Shown here: positions 1 to 8,941 of the stretch, piece after piece
Position numbering within the stretch: the stretch's first letter is position 1
Layout of the letters: each line of letters starts with the position of its first letter
From: Candidatus Heimdallarchaeota archaeon
GTDB lineage: Archaea; Asgardarchaeota; Heimdallarchaeia; Heimdallarchaeales; Heimdallarchaeaceae
Reading direction: 5' to 3'
Length of the DNA: 20,808 nucleotides
Assembly: GCA_021399395.1 (NCBI GenBank)
Contig: JAAFKJ010000158.1
Coordinates: 1 to 20,808, forward strand
Program-made: the position numbers and the translations under genes
The notes under the pieces: model-generated
Seen by the model: the letters and a program-made list of their open reading frames with translations, nothing else
Told to the model about the DNA's origin: nothing
Databases searched by the model: none

Positions 1-406
1 CCCTTTTCTCATTTGCAATTAGCTCATTTTCTTCCTTTAGCTTAGCGAAAATCTCTTCAAGCTTTTTTACACCTTCTAAGTACTCCTCATTTTTTCCATT
101 ATCAAGCAGACACTTGGTATTACAGTAATAAGCATCAAAGATGAGAACTATATCCCCAAGTTTTTCAGTTTCTGTAATTAGATCTGTTGATAAGCTATAA
201 CTTTCATCTAGTTTCTCTGAATCAAATTCTATTTGACCTAAAAATGATATAACCTCACACTTGATTATTTTAACTCGGATTTTCTCGATTGCAGCTATTT
301 CCTTCCTTTGAAGTACTAAATCGACTTTATCTAAAATTTCGTCATATTTACCTCTAATCTTCAAATCTTCCAATTCTAAAATTATCTTGGATTGTTCATG
401 AGACAC
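1..406 (-). CDS. TPR-like helical-repeat protein, N-terminal part (runs off the window edge)
   Basis: Not in the ORF track. Hand translation from GTG at 406 gives an open frame to the edge (MSHEQSKIILELEDLKIRGKYDEILDKVD...EENELIANEKK) with amphipathic helical character. An AAGAATTTTAAATG BRE/TATA-like element lies upstream. The TPR call is by resemblance only. Confidence 0.7.
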   Translation of the reverse strand, partial: MSHEQSKIILELEDLKIRGKYDEILDKVDLVLQRKEIAAIEKIRVKIIKCEVISFLGQIEFDSEKLDESYSLSTDLITETEKLGDIVLIFDAYYCNTKCLLDNGKNEEYLEGVKKLEEIFAKLKEENELIANEKR

Positions 407-479
407 TTCTGTTTACCGAGGCCCAACATATAAGCAAAGCGAATATCATTTAAAATTCTTTCCTAGAATAAGGGTTTGA

Positions 480-1364
480 TTAGCTTGAGTAGGTTACAGA
501 AGGTTCTGGTCTTGGAACTAATCTTCTATAGTGATTCTTAGAATATCCTACTGCAAGAACTGCATAAAGATAATGATCTTCAGGTAAGTTGAGCAATTCT
601 TTTATCTCCGTTGAATTTTCCCAACTCTTCTGTACATAACCAATGAACGTTGCACCCAATCCTAGAGTTGGTGCTCCTAAAGCAATATTTTGTGCAGCTA
701 TGTTGCAATCTTCTTTAGGTGAAGAAGTATCTTTGTGAGTATGAATCAGAAATACTGTTGATGAATAATGTAGAACATGATCTATTCCTCTCTCCCAATG
801 CTCAATATGACTCTCTAATCGATAAAGGCTCTTTTTTGCTTTATCAAAGAACTTTTTCTTTCCTGCTAAAAATGCAAGAAAAGTCCAAAAAGAACTGCTC
901 ATTTGTTTCTTCAATTTTTTGAAAAGTTCTATCATTGTATCTATAAGAATTTCGAGCTCTTTTCTATCATTTATAATTGTATAACAGACGCTTCTATCAT
1001 TATGTCCTGTTGGCGCAAATCTGCCTAAAACTATCAGCTGTTCTATCTGTTGTTTAGTCACTTTTTTCTTTGAAAAACATCGGATAGATCTTCTTTGACG
1101 AATAGTCTCAAGAACCTGTTCGTAAGAAATTGTTTTTCCTTTCTTGGGGAAATCATCATCAATAGAATTTTCTATCATTCTGTGTTGAATTATTGCGTCT
1201 TCAGGACAAACTGCAACGCAATGACCACAGTCATGACAGCGAAATAAGTTTTGATTAGTTACAGCTTTTTTGTTGACAATATCAAAGATATAACGAGGAC
1301 AAACATCGGAACAACTTCCACAACCAATACAATCATCTGTTATAGTAATGATTTCAGAACTCAT
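480..1364 (-). CDS. Nitroreductase family protein with N-terminal 2x[4Fe-4S] ferredoxin domain
   Basis: Cluster motifs CIGCGSCSDVCP and CHDCGHCVAVCP, then the nitroreductase motifs RRSIRCF, APTGHN and LGLGATFIG. ATG at 1364 is preferred over TTG at 1370. Confidence 0.93.
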   Translation of the reverse strand: MSSEIITITDDCIGCGSCSDVCPRYIFDIVNKKAVTNQNLFRCHDCGHCVAVCPEDAIIQHRMIENSIDDDFPKKGKTISYEQVLETIRQRRSIRCFSKKKVTKQQIEQLIVLGRFAPTGHNDRSVCYTIINDRKELEILIDTMIELFKKLKKQMSSSFWTFLAFLAGKKKFFDKAKKSLYRLESHIEHWERGIDHVLHYSSTVFLIHTHKDTSSPKEDCNIAAQNIALGAPTLGLGATFIGYVQKSWENSTEIKELLNLPEDHYLYAVLAVGYSKNHYRRLVPRPEPSVTYSS

Positions 1365-1419
1365 TAACAAAGGTTTATAGGACTACTTCAAAAGCTTTGT
1401 GAGTAATTGTGTAGACACT

Positions 1420-2403
1420 CTATGGTATTGGAATATGCTCATCAGAAACTGCATCTTTTACTATATCTTCAAGATTCATACTGGAGGTATACCCCAATTG
1501 GTTAAGTTTTTCACAATCAAATATCCATTCTTTTCCCATCATTCTCGCATATTCTCTATTGATGAGCGGTTGTTTCCTAGGAAAGATCAACCATTGTATC
1601 TTCTCGAACAACCATACAGCTCCATAGACTATTGGAAAAGGCAGATAATACTTGAACCTCTTCTTTCCGATAAGATTTTTCTCTAACTCGAGTATCAGTT
1701 TCTTGAAAGATTCATTACAAGATACAATGTTATAATCTTCATATTTCTCTGAAGGATTAGTTGTCAAAATTTCCATAGCTTGAGCAATATCATATGGATG
1801 AACAATCGCTACTTTATGTTTCGGATTTCCTAGTACAGGCATGATGTTGACTTTAACTAATTTACTAACAACTGGATAGAAATGTCTATCATGTTTTCCC
1901 AGAATCAAAGGTATACGAAGAGTACCTCCTTTCATACCATTTTTACTACAAGTTTGTTTTATGATTTGTTCAGCTTCAAGTTTGGATTTCGCGTATAACC
2001 CCGTTGGTTTGATTCTATGTTCTTCTGTAGCAGGTGAATCAATTATCTTTCCATAAACAGCTGTTGTACTTGTAAAAACAAAATGCTTTATTCTGTTTTC
2101 AGAAGCTGATTGCATAATATTTTTTGTTCCTTCATAGTTGATCTTGAAGAAATCTTTTTTCTTTACATTTCTATGAACAGCTGCTGCTATATGCCATATG
2201 GTATCTATTTCATTTTCTTTCAGTATATTATCAAGAGATGTTTTATCTTGCAAATCAGCTGTTACATAATTAATTTCAGGAATCGGATCACTAGGAATTT
2301 TTCTAACCATACCAAAAATATCAGAATACCCTTTTGATAAGAGATATAGTAAAACGCCTCTTCCAGTGCATCCAGAGGCACCGGTGATAAGTATCCTAAC
2401 CAT
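1420..2403 (-). CDS. NAD(P)-dependent epimerase/dehydratase (extended SDR)
   Basis: ILITGASGCTG Rossmann motif, HIAA, INYEGT, FTSTTAVYG and the catalytic YAKSK (YxxxK). Confidence 0.92.
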   Translation of the reverse strand: MVRILITGASGCTGRGVLLYLLSKGYSDIFGMVRKIPSDPIPEINYVTADLQDKTSLDNILKENEIDTIWHIAAAVHRNVKKKDFFKINYEGTKNIMQSASENRIKHFVFTSTTAVYGKIIDSPATEEHRIKPTGLYAKSKLEAEQIIKQTCSKNGMKGGTLRIPLILGKHDRHFYPVVSKLVKVNIMPVLGNPKHKVAIVHPYDIAQAMEILTTNPSEKYEDYNIVSCNESFKKLILELEKNLIGKKRFKYYLPFPIVYGAVWLFEKIQWLIFPRKQPLINREYARMMGKEWIFDCEKLNQLGYTSSMNLEDIVKDAVSDEHIPIP

Positions 2404-2451
2404 GACATTAAAGAAAAAACTAGCTACTACAAAAATCTTCTGGAACTATTG

Positions 2452-2478
2452 AAGGAAAAAGAAAGAAAAAAGAGAAGG
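2452..2478 (-). terminator. T-rich archaeal terminator downstream of the CoA-disulfide reductase
   Basis: The minus strand is a pyrimidine-only run of T-tracts directly after the TAG stop. Confidence 0.6.
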
Positions 2479-2479
2479 A

Positions 2480-4189
2480 CTAACATCCTTGTGTATTATA
2501 TGGTTTAAGTTCTCCGACATGACCACCAGGTGGTAAGTTAGAGATTTGGTAGGTATTGAATCCACCAGTGAGATTCTTAACTTTATATCCATTGTGTTGA
2601 AGAATTCTATAAGCTAAGTATGAACTGAATCCTACTTGACAATAAACGAAGATTGTCTTATCTTTAGATAGCTCATCGAGTCGAGATCTGAGCTGACCGA
2701 GTGGTACATTAATGGAACCCTCTATATGTTCAGCTTCATACAAATCAGGTGCTCTGACATCAACTATCAAACCACCATCGGATTTAATTTTTTCAACCTC
2801 ATTCCAATGACACAAATCTACCTCTCCTGATTGAACATTTGAAGCAACAAAACCTGCCATGTTCACACAATCTCTAGCACAACCAAATGGAGGTGCATAA
2901 CACAATTCAAGATCTTGTAAATCATAAACAGTACCACCAAAGTAGATAGCAGTAGCAACAACATCAATTCTCTTTTCTGTACCTGGACCACCTACCGCTT
3001 GTGCGCCCAATATTTTGCCATCTTTTTTAGCAAAAATTAGTTTCATAGCAATAGGTTGTGCATCAGGATAATATCCAGCATGGTTCTTAGGATGGATATA
3101 GATTTTCTCATAATCGATATCTAAACCTTGGAGCTGTCTTTCAGTTAACCCTGTTTGAGCAGCTGTTTGGCTGAAGATTTGTAAGACAGCTGTACCTATT
3201 GCTCCTTTGTATTTGGATTCTCTTCCAGCAATGTTATCTGCAGCAATTCTGCCTTGCCTGTTAGCAGGTCCAGCGAGAGGTACAACTGTATCCTTATGAG
3301 TAATGAAATTCTGAATTTGAATGGCATCACCTACAGCGTAAATATCAGTATCAGATGTTTGCATTTGATCATTAACAATTATATAACCTCTTTCTGTAAG
3401 ATTGAGATCAGCTGCTTTTGCTAGTTCAGTTTGAGGTCTAACTCCTATGCAGAGTATTACTAAATCAGTTACAACTTTTTTACCACTTTGTGTTGTAACA
3501 ACATACTTGTTAGATCCGGAATTATTCTTTGCAAAGGATTTCACACCATCTCCAAGAATGAGCTGAATACGATTGAGTACAATTTCATTGTTGATGAATT
3601 GAGCCATATCTTTATCCAATGTTGGCATAACCTGAGTAAGTAGCTCTATCAACGAGACTCTTATACCTCGATGAGAGAGATTTTCAGCCATCTCTAAACC
3701 AACATAACCACCACCAATAACAGTAGCAGTAGTGGGGTTATTTGTTTTGATAAAATCTTCAATTTTCAATGTATCAGGAATATTCCTTAATGTAAATACT
3801 GGAACCTCATCAATTCCCTCGAAATTTGGTCGAAGACATTCAGCACCAGGAGATAAAACTAAATTATCATATTCTAATGCATATTCTTCATTTGTTTCAA
3901 GATTCTTGACCATAACCTGTTTTTTCTTTCTATCAATTGAGAGTACTTCATTATTCACTCTAACATCAATATTGAATTTAGTCTTAAAATCAACAGGTTT
4001 CACTAATTCTAAAGTGTCTTTTTCCTTGATCACTTGACCAACATAATAAGGTAAACCACAATTTGCAAAAGAAACATAAGGACCCCTATCTAGTATAATA
4101 ATTTCAGTAAATTCTTCTAATCTACGTAACCTTGCAGCAGTTGAAGCTCCTCCAGCTACTCCTCCAACAATTACAACTTTCTTAGCCAT
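2480..4189 (-). CDS. cdr: CoA-disulfide reductase with C-terminal rhodanese domain (CoADR-RHD / Npsr-like persulfide reductase)
   Basis: GGVAGGAS FAD motif, SFANCGLPY redox Cys, GGGYVGLE NAD(P)H motif, IYAVGD, YAPPF, and a rhodanese domain (VDVR...HIEGSINVP...YCQVGFSS). A GGTGA RBS lies 5 nt upstream of the ATG. Confidence 0.95.
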   Translation of the reverse strand: MAKKVVIVGGVAGGASTAARLRRLEEFTEIIILDRGPYVSFANCGLPYYVGQVIKEKDTLELVKPVDFKTKFNIDVRVNNEVLSIDRKKKQVMVKNLETNEEYALEYDNLVLSPGAECLRPNFEGIDEVPVFTLRNIPDTLKIEDFIKTNNPTTATVIGGGYVGLEMAENLSHRGIRVSLIELLTQVMPTLDKDMAQFINNEIVLNRIQLILGDGVKSFAKNNSGSNKYVVTTQSGKKVVTDLVILCIGVRPQTELAKAADLNLTERGYIIVNDQMQTSDTDIYAVGDAIQIQNFITHKDTVVPLAGPANRQGRIAADNIAGRESKYKGAIGTAVLQIFSQTAAQTGLTERQLQGLDIDYEKIYIHPKNHAGYYPDAQPIAMKLIFAKKDGKILGAQAVGGPGTEKRIDVVATAIYFGGTVYDLQDLELCYAPPFGCARDCVNMAGFVASNVQSGEVDLCHWNEVEKIKSDGGLIVDVRAPDLYEAEHIEGSINVPLGQLRSRLDELSKDKTIFVYCQVGFSSYLAYRILQHNGYKVKNLTGGFNTYQISNLPPGGHVGELKPYNTQGC

Positions 4190-4448
4190 TTTTTCACCGT
4201 TTTCGTTTAAAAACCGTTACAAACTCATAAAGTTATTTTTAAAGTGTAACTGTGTGAGCATACCTAAACAAACGTCTAACCAACTATATGTATCGAGAAA
4301 AACTAATAACTCTAGTTAAATCGTTATAATTATCAGTTTAGAAAGCATACTATAATTAATTACGTTATTTAATTAACTAAGCATAATGAATTTTAGTAAA
4401 AAGATAATGTGTATATATTAGTTTTCTTTAAAAAAAATTACTAATACA

Positions 4449-4470
4449 TTTATAGAAAATGATTTATATA
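4449..4470 (+). promoter_or_regulatory. BRE/TATA promoter of the hydrogenase operon
   Basis: TTTATAGAAAATGATTTATATA. The TATA box TTTATATA (4463-4470) lies 23 nt before the ATG at 4493, consistent with a leaderless transcript. Confidence 0.7.
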
Positions 4471-4492
4471 GTTCTTGAAAAATTTTCCACTA

Positions 4493-5536
4493 ATGAAAAC
4501 TTATACAATGGACAAGAAAGTTTTTCCTGAATTCATCAAATTAGTAAAAAGCAAAGGAAAACTTTTTGGTCCAATTAAGCAAAAGAATAAGTATTCTTTT
4601 GAAGAGATCAATGATTCTTCAGACTTAGACTTTGATTATCAAAGGACTATCATTGGTATTAAGAAATTTTTAACACCTCCTAAATACAAAACAATGATAT
4701 TCAACAAAGAAGGTACTGAAGATGTCTTTGATGGTGATGAAACTAATATTGTCATAGGCGTTCATCCTTGTGATATACATTCCGTGAAAATATTAGATAG
4801 ACTTTTCTTGGCAAACATTAAGGACCCATACTATGCTAAAAAAAGAGACAATCTAGTCATCATTGGACACTCATGTCTTCCAGATGACAACTGTCTATGT
4901 CATTCTACTGGAACAGATATGGTTGAAGATGGATTTGATCTCTTTCTTACAGATCTTGGTGACTATTATCTAGTTTGGGTAGGATCAGATAAAGGTCTTA
5001 GTCTTACAATTGCGGCTGATAATTTGCTCTCTGAAGAAACAACAGAGGAGAGCATAAGAGATTATGTAGCATGGCAACAAAAGCGATCCTCGATGTTCAA
5101 AAAAGGAATGCCTTCGTTCAAATATATGGCAGATATAATGAATTTAAATTATGACAGCGATGTTTGGGAGCAATTCGGAGAAAAATGTCTATCTTGCGGT
5201 ACATGTAGTCTAGTTTGTCCCACCTGTAATTGTTTCAATGTAGAAGATATTATTGCAATGAACACAGAAGAAGGATTTAGAGAACGACAACTAGACAGTT
5301 GTACATTACCATACTATTCTGTAGTAGCTGGAGATCACGATTTCCGACCCAATAGAACTGCAAGGTTGAAGCTTTATTATACTCATAAATTGAAGGATTA
5401 CATAGGTAGATGGGGACAACCAGGATGTGTTGGTTGTGGTCGATGTGTTACTTATTGTCCTGTTAATATTAATGTTGTAACAGTTTCTGATGCATTATTT
5501 GGTGAAGTGTGCGAAACTCAAGAGGTGTGTGAATAA
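4493..5536 (+). CDS. hydB: Group 3b [NiFe]-hydrogenase (sulfhydrogenase) beta subunit, Fe-S protein
   Basis: Motifs GVHPCDI, C..DDNCLC, CLSCGTCSLVCPTCNCF and GCVGCGRCVTYCP; first gene of the beta-gamma-delta-alpha order. Start moved to ATG 4493 based on TATA spacing. Confidence 0.93.
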   Translation: MKTYTMDKKVFPEFIKLVKSKGKLFGPIKQKNKYSFEEINDSSDLDFDYQRTIIGIKKFLTPPKYKTMIFNKEGTEDVFDGDETNIVIGVHPCDIHSVKILDRLFLANIKDPYYAKKRDNLVIIGHSCLPDDNCLCHSTGTDMVEDGFDLFLTDLGDYYLVWVGSDKGLSLTIAADNLLSEETTEESIRDYVAWQQKRSSMFKKGMPSFKYMADIMNLNYDSDVWEQFGEKCLSCGTCSLVCPTCNCFNVEDIIAMNTEEGFRERQLDSCTLPYYSVVAGDHDFRPNRTARLKLYYTHKLKDYIGRWGQPGCVGCGRCVTYCPVNINVVTVSDALFGEVCETQEVCE

Positions 5537-6396
5537 TGACAGAAGAAAATAAAATTAGAGAAGATCATTCTTACAGAGATTTCCCAGTTGAGATTATAGG
5601 ATTGAAAGATTTGACAAGCGATACAAGATATTTCAAAGTCAGATGTTTGAATGAAGATATGAAGAATAAATTCAATTACAAACCAGGTCAGTTTGTTATA
5701 TTCTCAATTCCTGGTGTAGGCGAAGCTACATTTTCCATCTCATCACCACCAACCAGAAGAGATTTTGTAGAGTTTGGTATGAGAAAAGTTGGAACGTTTA
5801 CTGAAGCGTTTTTCAAGTTAAAAGAAGGGGATGTCTTCAATATGAGAGGTCCGTACGGAAATGGCTTTGAAATGGAGAGCTTGAAAGGTAGAGATATAAT
5901 AATAGTAGCTGGAGGATTAGGCGCAGTACCTCTAAGATCTGTATTGTTATATGCCGAAGATAGAAGAGAAGAATTCAACCAAGTGTTTTTCTTAAATGGT
6001 GCTAGATCACCTGATGACATGCTATTTAGAGAAGACTTCATGGCAATGGCAGCTAGAGGAATCGTTGATACTCGTTTATCAGTTGATAAGGATCCAACAG
6101 GAGAATGGCCTTATGATGTGGGTTTTGTAACAACTTTGATACCTCAATTAGCAGAGAAGATAAAGGCTGAAAACACTACAGCTTTAATTTGTGGTCCTCC
6201 TGGAATGTATAGATTTGTTATACAAGAATTGCTGAAATTAAATGTTCCAAAAGACCAAATTTTGATGACATTAGAACGAAGAATGAAATGCGGACAAGGA
6301 CACTGTGGGCACTGCGTTGTAGGTGGTAGATATACCTGTCTAGACGGGCCAATTTTTACGTACTATGATGTTCAGCATGAGAAAGAGTTGATATAA
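5536..6396 (+). CDS. hydG: Group 3b hydrogenase gamma subunit (FAD/NAD(P)-binding, [2Fe-2S])
   Basis: Motifs KPGQF, FSISS, RGPYGNGF, AGGLGAVPLRS, ICGPPGM and ERRMKCGQGHCGHC...CLDGP. TAATG overlap with the upstream gene. Confidence 0.94.
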   Translation: MTEENKIREDHSYRDFPVEIIGLKDLTSDTRYFKVRCLNEDMKNKFNYKPGQFVIFSIPGVGEATFSISSPPTRRDFVEFGMRKVGTFTEAFFKLKEGDVFNMRGPYGNGFEMESLKGRDIIIVAGGLGAVPLRSVLLYAEDRREEFNQVFFLNGARSPDDMLFREDFMAMAARGIVDTRLSVDKDPTGEWPYDVGFVTTLIPQLAEKIKAENTTALICGPPGMYRFVIQELLKLNVPKDQILMTLERRMKCGQGHCGHCVVGGRYTCLDGPIFTYYDVQHEKELI

Positions 6397-6397
6397 A

Positions 6398-7192
6398 ATG
6401 TGGAAAAGAGATGAAAAGAAACCTGTAATTGGTATATTTGGATTTTCAGGATGTGCTGGAGATCAACTAGCAATCCTACATATGGAGGAACATACTGTTG
6501 ATTTCTTCACACAAGCTGATATCAAATTCTTCCATATGGCACAATCACATCAAGAAGTTCCTAAAGTAGATGTAGCCTTAGTTGAAGGAAGTATAAACAC
6601 TCAAAGACAATTAAAGGAATTAAAAGAAATTCGCGAAATGGCAGATGTTGTTGTTGCTCTTGGTACATGCGCTTGCTATGGTGGTATTCAATATCTTGGT
6701 GAAGATGAAGAAACCTTCAAAGAAAGAATGAAGTATGTTTATGGTAAGAATGGAGAGGTTCCTGAATTTCTAGATCTTGTTGGACAACCCAAACCAGCTC
6801 AACCTATCAGTGATTTCATTGAAGTTGATATCATGATACCTGGATGTCCTATTTCAGCAGAGAACTTTGTACCTATTTACACAAAATTGATTAGTGGATT
6901 AAAACCTCAAAAATATCCTATGCCAGTTTGTGTAGAGTGTAAATATGAAGGAAATGATTGTTTCTTATTACACGGCAAATTCTGTTTAGGTCCAGTTACT
7001 TCAGCAGGCTGTAACGCTATATGCCCAAGCTTAGATGTTTCGTGTGTTGGCTGTTTTGGTTCGTATGAAGGAGCAAACTTCCCAGCAATGATCGACAAAC
7101 TCAAAGAAATAGGTTTGACTGAAGAAGACGCAATTCGAAAACTGAAAATGTTCGGTGGAAATAGAGTTGAAGAAGCTCTAAAAGGTGATTAA
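6398..7192 (+). CDS. hydD: Group 3b hydrogenase delta (small, Fe-S) subunit
   Basis: Motifs SGCAGDQ, VEGSI, ALGTCACYGG, IPGCP, VCVEC, CLGPVTSAGCNAICP and CVGCFG. Confidence 0.94.
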   Translation: MWKRDEKKPVIGIFGFSGCAGDQLAILHMEEHTVDFFTQADIKFFHMAQSHQEVPKVDVALVEGSINTQRQLKELKEIREMADVVVALGTCACYGGIQYLGEDEETFKERMKYVYGKNGEVPEFLDLVGQPKPAQPISDFIEVDIMIPGCPISAENFVPIYTKLISGLKPQKYPMPVCVECKYEGNDCFLLHGKFCLGPVTSAGCNAICPSLDVSCVGCFGSYEGANFPAMIDKLKEIGLTEEDAIRKLKMFGGNRVEEALKGD

Positions 7193-7193
7193 A

Positions 7194-8480
7194 ATGGTAG
7201 AGAAAACAATAAGTGTTGATGTAATTTCAAGAGTAGAAGGCGATGGAGGAATTCAAGTATATACCAAAGACGGAAAAGTAGAGAAAGTACTAGTAGATAT
7301 CTTTGAAGGACCACGTATGATCGAGGCCCTTGTTAGAGGTAAAACTTACGAAGAAAACCTTTCATTAGTTGCCCGTATTTGTGCTATATGCACCGTTTCT
7401 CATAGATATGTTTCAATCAAAGCAATCGAAAAAGCTCTGAAAGTAGAAGTACCTGATAAGGTCAAATTACTTAGAGAACTAATGCATCTTGCAGAATTCC
7501 TTGAATCACATATTCTACATGTTTACTACTTAGCTCTCCCAGATTTCTTCAAACAACCTTCAGCAATAGCATTATTACCAACACATGGAGAAACAGTTGT
7601 TCAAGCTGTTACTATGAAGAAGTATGGTACAGAATTAATGCAACTTCTAATGGGAAGAAAGATACATGGTGAGAACCCTCAAATCGGTGGGTTTGGTCGT
7701 ATTCCAACAGATGAAGAATTAGATAAATTTCTTGAAAATGTTGATGAGTATAAATCTTGGGTGTCAAGTATTATTGACCTTATGGCTACTTTAGAAATTC
7801 CAGATTATGGTGTAAGAGACACTACATTTATGTGCTGTAATCCACCTGATGGCAAATTCGGTTTTGAAGGAGACACTGTTCTTATTTCAACAGGTGAAGA
7901 ATATCCTGTAGAAGAATATAAAAAATTAACCAACGAAAGGGTTGTTCCTCATAGTTATGCCAAAAGATCAAAGTATCAAGACAAACCATTTTCAGTACAT
8001 GCATTAGCACGATTATCATTGATTGGTGATAGATTAACTGGTGAAGCAAAAGATAAGTATGATAAATATTTCAGTGAATCTTGGAAATCTAACCCTATCT
8101 ACAATAACTTATGTCAAGCAATTGAAGCATTGTGGGCTTTTGAGCAAATCCCAATTTTGATTGAGAAAATAAAAGCTTTACCTGATTCAGAAATAGTCCA
8201 ACCTGAAGTCTTAGATGGAACAGCAACAGCTGCAGTAGAAGCTCCTAGAGGAATTTTATATCATACATATGAAATTAAGGATGGAAAGATTGTCAATGCA
8301 GATATCATAACTCCAACAGCTCAATTTTTGGATGATATCGAGGCTTACATCAAAGTAGCAGCTGATAAGTTGGTTGCAGAAGATCATCCTGATACAGAGC
8401 TTCATTTAGAAATGATAGCTAGAGCATATGATCCTTGTATATCATGCAGTTGTCATATGGTTAAATTGGTGAAACAATAG
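7194..8480 (+). CDS. hydA: Group 3b hydrogenase alpha (large, catalytic NiFe) subunit
   Basis: SRVEG, L1 motif RICAICTVSH, EAPRG, and L2 motif RAYDPCISCSCH followed by a 7-residue cleavable tail. GGTGA at 7184-7188 is read as the RBS for ATG 7194. Confidence 0.96.
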   Translation: MVEKTISVDVISRVEGDGGIQVYTKDGKVEKVLVDIFEGPRMIEALVRGKTYEENLSLVARICAICTVSHRYVSIKAIEKALKVEVPDKVKLLRELMHLAEFLESHILHVYYLALPDFFKQPSAIALLPTHGETVVQAVTMKKYGTELMQLLMGRKIHGENPQIGGFGRIPTDEELDKFLENVDEYKSWVSSIIDLMATLEIPDYGVRDTTFMCCNPPDGKFGFEGDTVLISTGEEYPVEEYKKLTNERVVPHSYAKRSKYQDKPFSVHALARLSLIGDRLTGEAKDKYDKYFSESWKSNPIYNNLCQAIEALWAFEQIPILIEKIKALPDSEIVQPEVLDGTATAAVEAPRGILYHTYEIKDGKIVNADIITPTAQFLDDIEAYIKVAADKLVAEDHPDTELHLEMIARAYDPCISCSCHMVKLVKQ

Positions 8481-8939
8481 TTGTCACCTTCTCTTTCTTT
8501 TTTTAAAAATAGGGATATTAGCCGTATTGCTTTTTTTTGTTTTGGTAATAGAGATAGAACAGATGATTCATTCGGTTTGTTAGTAGCTGATGAATTGGTT
8601 AAAATCTACCCTACTAGTGTTTTTTCTGAAGAAGTAGAAGATATATCTACCTTCCTTATAGATATTGTAGATACGGAAAGATATGATGGAATCGTGATTA
8701 TAGACGCAGTTGATTATGGAGCTCAACCAGGAACACTATTAATAACTTCAGACATATCCTCGTATATCAAATCAATTTCTAGTCATGCCATTCCACTTCA
8801 AGAAATATTCGAATTCGTCAGTTTAAAAAATAAAGATTTTCTCTTAATAGGATCTCAAGCAAAGTCTGTAGAATTTATGAAAACTCCTTCTGAGGAAATA
8901 CTCAAAGCAGTTGATAACGTGCTTGATTTATTGAAATAA
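8481..8939 (+). CDS. Hydrogenase maturation endopeptidase (HycI/HybD family)
   Basis: Motifs FGNRDRTDDSFG, IIDAVD and SSHAIPL. TTG start immediately follows the hydA stop. Confidence 0.88.
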   Translation: MSPSLSFFKNRDISRIAFFCFGNRDRTDDSFGLLVADELVKIYPTSVFSEEVEDISTFLIDIVDTERYDGIVIIDAVDYGAQPGTLLITSDISSYIKSISSHAIPLQEIFEFVSLKNKDFLLIGSQAKSVEFMKTPSEEILKAVDNVLDLLK

Positions 8940-8941
8940 GT

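Noticed and set aside
2474-2490. C-terminal GC-stop of the CoADR as a TrxR-like GCUG selenocysteine readthrough
   Set aside because: The stop is TAG, not TGA, and it is followed directly by a T-rich terminator rather than a Gly codon.
8425-8480. Possible selenocysteine ([NiFeSe]) hydrogenase
   Set aside because: The L2 motif is encoded by ordinary Cys codons (GAT CCT TGT ATA TCA TGC), with no in-frame TGA.
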